From the NCBI RefSeq assembly GCF_009914755.1, contig NC_060925.1: 64,000 nucleotides of DNA; one strand, given 5' to 3'. This document shows, one piece after another, positions 55,201 through 64,000 of this stretch (position 1 is the stretch's first letter; each line of letters opens with the position of its first letter). The position numbers and the translations under genes were made by a program. The notes beneath the pieces are model-generated. The model did no database searches and was not told the origin of the DNA. It was given only the letters and a program-made list of their open reading frames with translations. Source of the stretch: the human T2T-CHM13v2.0 reference genome, Homo sapiens.

Positions 55201-55360
55201 AGGAGCAATCCACTTCCTTCAGAGGGTCTGTGGATTTTCTCAGCTTTCCAGGTATATTCCTGCAGTAGTTCTGAAGCAAAAGTTCACAATGTGAGTCTCC
55301 ATACACTGCTCTGTCTGTCTGACTTGGAGCTGCAATTTAGTCCTGCCTCCATTTTCCCCT
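52250..55360 (-). mobile_element. Rearranged L1PB: ORF2 5' part (52250-53925) joined to 5'UTR (53930-55360), with an inverted ORF2 insert
   Basis: ORF2 peptides 52223..52450 and 53181..53378 (-), 53558..53818 (+); L1PB-like 5'UTR; ORF1 absent. Confidence 0.85.
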
Positions 55361-55389
55361 CATGTTTTTTAGCCCAGGCCAAAATCTAT

Positions 55390-58300
55390 TCCTCAGGGAC
55401 TTAGATTGCTTCTGAATTCCGTAGGGCATTACTATGTTCTATTTCATTGATGACACCATGCTGATTGGCCTAGTAAGCAACAATTAGAAATTTGTTAAAT
55501 AAATGACTGTCGGGCATTAGGAAATAAATCCATACAAATTCAGAGAGCTGACATCTTAGTGAAATTTCTAATTTTCCAATTATCTGGGACATGTTAAGCT
55601 ATTTCTTCCAAGGTTAAGGACAAGTTGTACATGGCCTCTCTCACTACAAGGAAAGAAGCATAAAAATTTGTAGACCTCTTTGGATTTGGGAGGTAATAGA
55701 TATTCTCATTTGACTGTGCTATTGCAGCCCATTTACTGAGTAAATGTAAAAGTTGCCAATTTTGAGTAGGGTGCAGATGAAATGAAAGCCCTGGAAATGA
55801 CTAGGTTGCCATGCAAACTGCTCTACCACTTAGGTCATGTTACCCAGAAGATATGATGGTGTTTATAGTGCATGTAACAGACAGGGATGCTGTATGGAGC
55901 CTTTGATAGGTGCCTATAAGTGAATGAAAATGCAATAATTAAGATTTGGAGTACAGCTATGCCACTCTCTGCATGTAACTATGCTTCTTTCAAAACACAG
56001 CTTCTGGTTTGCTGCTAGGTCCTAGTATAAACTGAACACTCATTTTGCATGGGCCATAAAGTAACATGCAACCTGAGTGCTCATCATGAATGGATTGTTT
56101 TCTAATCTACAGGTCATAGCATTTGATGTGCACAATATCATCCCATCACAAAATAGAAATGGTATATATGAGACTGGCCTTGAAAAGGTCCTGAGGATAT
56201 AAGTAAGTTGCATGAGCAAATATTCCAGATAACCATGACTCCTATTCTTGCTACATTTCCTCCTTCCTCTTATGGGGCATTCCCTATAGCCAGTTAAAAT
56301 AGAAGGAAAAAGTTTGATTTATATATGGTACTCCATGCTGCACTGATACTACACCAAAGTGGACAGCTGCAGCATTATAGTCTCACTCAGGACTGGCCTT
56401 GAAGGAAAATCCTTCCAATGAGAAGAACTTTAACAAACATATCTGGTTACTCATTTTGCCTGGAATAAGTGATGGTCAGAGGTACAAATGTATAGTAAGT
56501 CATGGGCAGTGACTAATGGTTTAGCCAGACGGTCAGAGAATTGCTAAGAACACAATTGGAAAACTGGTGACAAAGAGGTCTAGAGAAAAGGTATTCGGAT
56601 AGCTTCTCTAAAAGTGAAGATATTTGTGTCCCAGGTGAATATTCATCAAGGAACAAACTCAGAAGAAAAAGTTCTTCACAATCAAGTGGACATGATGACA
56701 AATTATGTGTCTATCAGTTGCCCTTTCTCCCTAGCTAGCCACCTCATCCTTGCTTAATGCAATCATGACAAAATGTCCAAGGCAGCAAGAATGGAGGTTA
56801 TGTATTTACTTGGCAACACAAACTTCTAATCACAAAAACTAAGTGCCCAACCTACCAAAAGCAAAGACTAACACTGAGCCCTCAACAAGGTACCATTATT
56901 CACAGGAGTCCAAGAGACTCCTGGTTGATAATATTGCCTACTTTCATTATGGAAGATGGAGCATTTTGTTCTCACAATAATAGACACTTATTCTAAATAC
57001 AGATTTGCCTTCCCTCCCTACAGTGGTTCTGCCAAAGCTACTATCTATGAACTTATAAAATGTCTTATTCACCTTGATCATTTTCCACACAGCATTGCAT
57101 CTCAGCAAAGAGCTCATTTTATAGCAAATAGAGTGAAGTAAATAGAGTACAAGGATTCACTAGTGTTACCATGTACTCCATCACCTGAAGTTATCTGGCC
57201 TGATAAAATGATGGATTAGCCTTTTGGAGTTAGCCTTAAAGTCCCAGCTAGATGGCAACAACTTGACAAGTTGGGGTTATGTCCTATAGGATGCAGTGTA
57301 CAATGTAAACACACAAATGAATGTGACCAATATGTGCTCTTTTTCCCATTTTCAAGAATTTACAGGTCTGGGAATCAATGGATTGAAATGTGAATGATTC
57401 TTTTTAATATTACCTCTAATTTGGGCTAGGATTTGGATAAATGAGGCACTCATCTGGGGTGCAAAATTTAAGAGAGTATCAAAAAAGTTAATAATCAAGA
57501 CAAATTATATTTTAATGGAATATTTTTAAAAATAAAAACTAACACAAAAATCATGATGAAAATATACAAAAATTTTAAATAATAGCAGGCTGTTGTATGT
57601 TTGCCTATGACTCTGCTATTTTGCAAGGGAAAAAGTCACTTCCAATCAGCCAGTTTCTAGGCCCATGCAGCCATCCCATCTCACTCCAGGCATCTATGAG
57701 AGCTGACAATGCCATGCAAACAGATTAGGTAAATCAGGGCTACACATATAGTCATGCTTTTTCATTGTATAGCTTTTGTTTATTTGTTTCGAAATATGGG
57801 TAATATTTTGACAAGTATATATACGGGTGCATATTTTTCCTTTTTCTGCAGGCACTGTCCTTTGTGATCCATTATGAAAATTTTTACTTCCTGTCTCCAT
57901 CTCCATGGCTTTGGGCTCTGCTATTCTGGAGTTTTTAGTTCCCAAGTGTGGTATATTTCTATCAGGGGACACAGCAGTAGTTCCATTAAATTAGAAATTG
58001 AAATTTCTGCATGTCTACTTGGGGATCCTATGCCTGTGAATCAACAAAGAAAAGAGCTAATGTATTCTGAGGTATTGATTCTAACTACCAAGGGGACATG
58101 TGGTTGCTCCTATACAGTGGGATAAGGAGGAGGATGTCTGAAATTCAGGTGATCACTGGAAGCAACTCATAACATTTTCATGTACTGTGATAAAAGTCAC
58201 AGGAAAGAACTATTGTTATGCTACAACTTGGATGACCCTCAACATTATGCTAATTAAAAGAAGTCAAACGCAAAATATCATATATTGTATAATTTCATTT

Positions 58301-59140
58301 ACATGAAATGTCCACAGAAGGCAAATCTACAGAGTCAGGAAGTAAATTAATAGTTGCCTAGCTCTAAAGGTAGGAATGGGGATTGTTTCCATAGGGACAT
58401 GAAGAAGTCTTTTTGGGATGATGGAAATTTTCTATAACTGAATTCCAATGATAGTTAAACAATTCTGCAAATTTACTAAAAATTATTGAATTGTACACTT
58501 AAAATGAATGAATGTTATGGCATGTGAATTATATCTCAACAAAGCTGTTTTAAATAAGCCAATGGAAAACTGCAACAACTCAAGGTAGGCAGGGCTGCTA
58601 CTGTCCAAAATTTGGACAGCAGGATTTTTTTTAAGCTGCCAGTTTTGTGTTCTAAAGTTCGAGTGAACCATCAAAGAAGGAAACAGTTGCAGGGTTTGTA
58701 GAGGGCAAATGTGTAACAGAAGAAGATAATTATAGATAGCAGCTACAACTACGTGAGCAGTTGTAGAAATGAACACAATAATACTTATGAATATTTCTTC
58801 ATTATATTGATGTGAATATCTTTGTGTATATATTAACCAGTCTTTCCCCTCTCCCATTTCCCTATTGTCTAACATAAGATATATTAATAATAGCTAGGTA
58901 GATATCTCAGAATTTAAGTTATAGGATATCAAAGGTGCATGTAATTCACCTAGAAGAGAATAAATATATTCCAAAATGTATAAAAGGAATTTGTATCTTT
59001 TTAGAGAGAGTAGCTGTGTGGTTTGGACTACATAAGGGATGCTTGTACCATGCCAGATGGAAGCCTGATTTTGCAGTTTTCTTTACTTGGCCACTAAGCA
59101 TTAAGAAGTGTATATGGATGCCAAGTTGAAAGGGGATGAG
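55390..59140 (+). mobile_element. Second, older ERVL internal region (pol remnant) with nested inserts
   Basis: FIDDTMLIG at 55443 (for YIDD); integrase core IDTYSKYRFAFP...HSIASQQRAHF (56956 ORF); PPT GCCAAGTTGAAAGGGG at ~59120-59135. Confidence 0.85.
58203..58555 (+). mobile_element. L1M 3' end inserted in the ERVL
   Basis: ACATTATGCTAATTAAAAGAAGTCA...GTACACTTAAAATG...TATATCTCAACAAAGCTG. Confidence 0.8.
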
Positions 59141-59141
59141 C

Positions 59142-59767
59142 AGTGGTGGCTTTTTACTGTTTGAGCTTAGCTAAATTGGATCTGTGATTCACATAATTCT
59201 TTTTCCTATGTTGTCCCAGGTTAGGCTTGGCCAGAAGAAAAATTTGTGCAAAATTTGGGCAGCAGAATTTTTTTAAGCTGACATTTTTGTGTTTTAAAAT
59301 TTGGTGTAGGGTGTAGGGTGCCAGACACTGTGACAGCTCACACTTGTTACTGATCTTCTAGTTAAACTTGGTGTGGAGTGCCACCAGGACCTATAGCTTT
59401 TTCAGCTCACTCCAGATCTCAGTGTCCTAGGACAGGTATATGTAAAGTTCCATGGCAATGAGCACTAGATTCTCCAGCAGGTTTGTCACACCATTGAGGT
59501 TCCAGTTGTCCTCATAGGTTCCACTTTATTTTGATGGATTCCATCACTGCAGTTTGAATTTGCCCTTGTTCTCTCTCAGTTCTCATCCAGCACTCTTCAC
59601 CTGCCAGCCTAGCTAACCTACAGCAACTTTAGGCTCAGCTCCAGGTGCAAGGCCACACAGATTTTAAGACTAGCTCCCACACTTGTGTAAGGTCTAATCC
59701 CTATAATAAACACTTTATTCTATATAACTCATAGTGACTTTTATTCTCAGAATGAACATTTGATACA
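59142..59767 (+). mobile_element. Old ERVL 3' LTR (LTR41/LTR33-like, tentative)
   Basis: Directly after the PPT; AATAAA at ~59705; ends TGATACA. Confidence 0.65.
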
Positions 59768-59799
59768 GAAGCTAGGCAACAATGCTGGCAAGAGGTAAC

Positions 59800-60000
59800 C
59801 AACATTTTAATCTAGTATTCATTTTACATCTTACACTATGCTAAGTATTTTGAATGACTAACCCCATTTTAATCTCTGCAGAAATATCACAAGGTAAGCA
59901 CTATTTTCCCCCACTTTACTGATGAGGGAAATGAGGGTTAGAAAGTTTTGGAAAAAAAATGCAGAGCATCTTATCCAGCATAAGGACTGACTCTGAAAGC
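59800..60000 (-). mobile_element. MIR
   Basis: AGGTAAGCACTATTTTCCCCCACTTTACTGATGAGGGAAATGAGG. Confidence 0.7.
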
Positions 60001-60302
60001 AGTGTCTGTACCTTTGTCTCCAGCACTCCAGCTCTGTTCCTGTGCTTTACCCATCTGCGCATTTCTGACTTCATTTTCGCCTGTTAGTAGATTCCAACTA
60101 CTTCTGAAATTTACAACTAGATGCAGTCCATGATTATGTGTTTTAGAAGGCTTACTTTGTCATAGAATACTCAACCTAGCTAGCCTTTCAGGTACCATTA
60201 CTAAGCTTCTTTTGGTCATGGCTCATGTGCTACTCCATTGTAATATGTCTGTTAGATGTAGACAAAAATCTAGTCTTAGCAAAATATATGTTTAAGGATA
60301 TA

Positions 60303-60618
60303 GGCCAGGACCAGTGGCTCATGCCTGTATTCCGAACACTTTGGGATGCCGAGGCGGGGGATCACCTGAGGTCAGGAGTTCGAGACAAGCCTGATAAAGA
60401 TGATCAAATTTTGTATTTTCATCTCTGCTGAAAATACAAAATTAGCTGGGCATGGTGGTGCATGCCTGTAATCCCAGCTACTTGGGAGGCTGAGGCAGGA
60501 GAATCACTTCAGCCCGGGAGGCGGAGGTTGTGGTGAGCCAAGATCACACCATTGCACTCCAGCCTGGGCAACAGGAGCGAAACTCTGTCTCAAAAAAAAA
60601 AAAAAAAAAAAAAAAAAA
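60303..60618 (+). mobile_element. AluS with altered linker
   Basis: Dimer with long poly-A. Confidence 0.92.
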
Positions 60619-61431
60619 GAGTGTGTATGAACTAAAATCACATGAACCAAACCTAACTATCTTTATGTTTTATGCTGTTACTGATTCTATACTGAGAAAA
60701 TTATGCATAATAATCATGTCCTTATTTAATCAGGTCCCCCAGGAATATCCCCATGCTTTTTCTAAAGGTGCCCTTCCTAAAAACATAGCACGTCCCTTTT
60801 ATTGAATTATAACATTTCAGATATGTTGGCATTTCATACTTTTCCTTGCCTTGATATTTCTAGAGAAAAATGATGAATTTTGAATTTATTCAGATCTTCT
60901 TATTTGAAGCTCAGGGATTATTTTTCTATTTTTTTGCAATTATTTGGGCCAAATTTTTATTCTCCAAAAATAAAAATTGAATTTCTTGATGCCTTTAGAA
61001 GAACATGACAAACTATATATGTAAGTCACTCACTTGCTCTGTCAGTTTATTTCTCTAAAACTGGAAACAAAAATAGAATTAGAAATCAGAAATTAGACCT
61101 AGCATTTCAAAGCAATCACAAAATTTCCCTCCCACCAGATTTTTCTTATAAATATTGAATGTTTTTAATTGAAGAAGACTCTTGACCTTGTTGAGCCCAA
61201 GGAATATATAAATTTTAGTTCCTTTTAGAAACTTTATTTTTCATGATTATATCAACAATTTTGACAGTATTATGAAAATGCAAGTTGTCATAAATTAGCT
61301 AATGTGATAGTGTAGTGAGAGTTTCAAATGCATTTGTCCTAGTTGCCTTTAACCAGTATCTCTCCAGTCTAACTAAAACCAAAAAAATAAAAACTGTTTT
61401 GACCTTTTAATTATTCTCAGAACCTAGTTTC

Positions 61432-61990
<559 letters not shown>

Positions 61991-62169
61991 CAGAATATCA
62001 TTCTTCAATCTTCTTCTCTATGGGGCACCAAAGGCCAAATTCAATTTCAGCTGAATGTACAGCTGAAATGAAGGCTGTGGACTTTGAAGTTTATTTTACA
62101 GCTAGTGAGAAAAAAACTAATGAAGTAATGAAGCAAAGGAGTGACATAATATGCTTACACATTTTTTAT

Positions 62170-62480
62170 CTTTAAGGAATCTCATACTATTTTCCACAGT
62201 GTTATACTAATTTATACTACCACCAGTTGTGTCAAAGTGTTCCTTTTTCACCACATCCATGCAAATATCTATTTTTTTTTTTTTTTACTTTTTAATTATA
62301 GCCATTCTTGCAGGAGTAAAGTGGTATCTCATTGTGGTTTTAATTTGCATTTCCCTGATGATTAGTGATGTTGAGCAATTTCTCATATGTTTGTTGGCTG
62401 TTTGTATGACTTCTTTTGCAAATTGTCCATTCATGTCCTTTGCCCAATTTTTGATGAGATTATTTTTTTCTTGCTAATTA
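62170..62480 (-). mobile_element. L1 ORF2 3' fragment
   Basis: GTGGTATCTCATTGTGGTTTTAATTTGCATTTCCCTGATGATTAGTGATGTTGAGCA. Confidence 0.85.
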
Positions 62481-62513
62481 TGACAGGTTATTTCTTGATA
62501 TAATATCTACTAA

Positions 62514-62805
<292 letters not shown>

Positions 62806-63149
62806 GCAAAGTTAAGTTTTAACGGGATCACAATACAATTAGTGAGAAAGGAGTCAGTAGAATTCTATAGGCATGAGAACTTAATTTTACTGGACAAATA
62901 ATATATATCAGAGGTTAGGTATAGGTCTTTGGTAGGCTTATAGTCTTCTAAAAAATTACTGTTTACTGTTTCTTGGTTCTGTTCTATTTGTTGGGTGCAG
63001 TATTAGTTTGGATCCAGTCCCCCGCTGAGGAAATATTAGTCAATGGAAAAGACATGACTTCAGTTGTTAGAACTAGTGTTGCCTCCTTTAAAGCAATCAG
63101 AAAGCAGGGTGAAAACTCTGTATTATCTAAGGAGTGCACCAGATGGGAA

Positions 63150-63272
63150 TGAAAGAAAGAGAGAGAGAAAAGGGAGGAAAGGAGGAACAGAGAGAAGGAA
63201 GGAGAGAGAGGATAGAGAGACAGAGAGATGAATGTATGTGTGTGTGAAAGAAATAGATAGAAAGAGAGAGGA
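63150..63272. repeat. GA-rich low-complexity tract
   Basis: Seen directly. Confidence 0.8.
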
Positions 63273-63449
63273 ACTTTAGTCTGGGGACAGAGTTTGAGAG
63301 TGAGACATTAATTTGAAGTGGAGCATGTACTGAGATATCTCTTCAAATTTCTTCTAGACAAATGTTTCAGGGAACTTGTGCCAGGTTTTTGGGTGTAAGG
63401 AACAAAGACCCTAAAAGACCTGGCCTGTACACTACAGGCAATTATATGT

Positions 63450-64000
63450 CTAACCTCTCACCTGAGCTTCAGACTCATATATATAGTTGTCTCCTTGATA
63501 TCAATACTTGGACCTTTAATAGTCACCTCCAAACTTAATATGTCCAAAACCAAACTCTTGATTTCCACTGTCCTCAATTCCCACTAAACTTGCTCCCTCA
63601 TGCATTTCTACCTTAGTAAATGTCAAATTTCCTTCTTTAAGTTGCTTTAGGTAAAAGACTATGTGTTCTTCTCTTTCTTTCAGATTGGACAACCAATTCA
63701 TGAGCAAATCCTACAAACTCTATTTTCATAAGTTATCTCAAATTCCACCCCTTTTCACCACTTCCACTCTTACTTCCCTGTTGTAATATACAATTATATC
63801 TCCCTGGATGATTACAAAATCTTCTTGATTGTGTTCCATGCTTCCATTCTGATCTTCCTACAGAATCTTCTACATCTAGTGGCCAGAGATATTTTTTAAA
63901 ATATGCAAAAGATCATGTTTATCTTCTGCCAAATCTTCTTATTTCACTTAGAATAAAATTCAAATTCTTGCCGTCCTTCACAACACTCTACATAATCTGC
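63450..64000 (+). mobile_element. L2 fragment
   Basis: CTCCAAACTTAATATGTCCAAAACCAAACTCTTGATT...ATTTCACTTAGAATAAAATTCAAATTCTT. Confidence 0.78.

Noticed and set aside
54469-55404. Cluster of 60-123 aa ORFs
   Set aside because: L1PB 5'UTR-derived, not genes.
57420-57865. Possible hAT DNA-transposon insert in the second ERVL
   Set aside because: It interrupts the ERVL and is AT-rich, but I could not confirm TIRs or a TSD.

Overview
Human (primate) genomic DNA, mostly interspersed repeats, with no supportable protein-coding exon. The only clear gene feature is a CpG-island promoter (~14.9-16.0 kb) with a minus-strand non-coding first exon ending in a strong CGG|GTGAGT donor at 15328. From memory this matches the TTLL7 5'UTR (not verified). 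If so, 1-15327 is intron 1 and >15.6 kb is upstream intergenic sequence. The rest is L1, Alu (including one AluYb8), MIR, L2, MaLR/ERVL/ERV1 LTRs, two decayed ERVL proviral bodies, a two-LTR THE1D, two MADE1 MITEs and a compound minisatellite. I found no evidence for a new gene system. The most interesting signals are DNA repair and recombination scars: (i) a gene-conversion-like tract between two inverted L1PB copies; (ii) three independent retro-insertions at the same homologous TT|AAAA site of three L1 copies; (iii) several locally templated insertions and fold-back palindromes; (iv) a candidate 31-nt ATG-containing micro-exon in intron 1. Repeat subfamily names come from recalled consensus sequences, and identities are hand counts.
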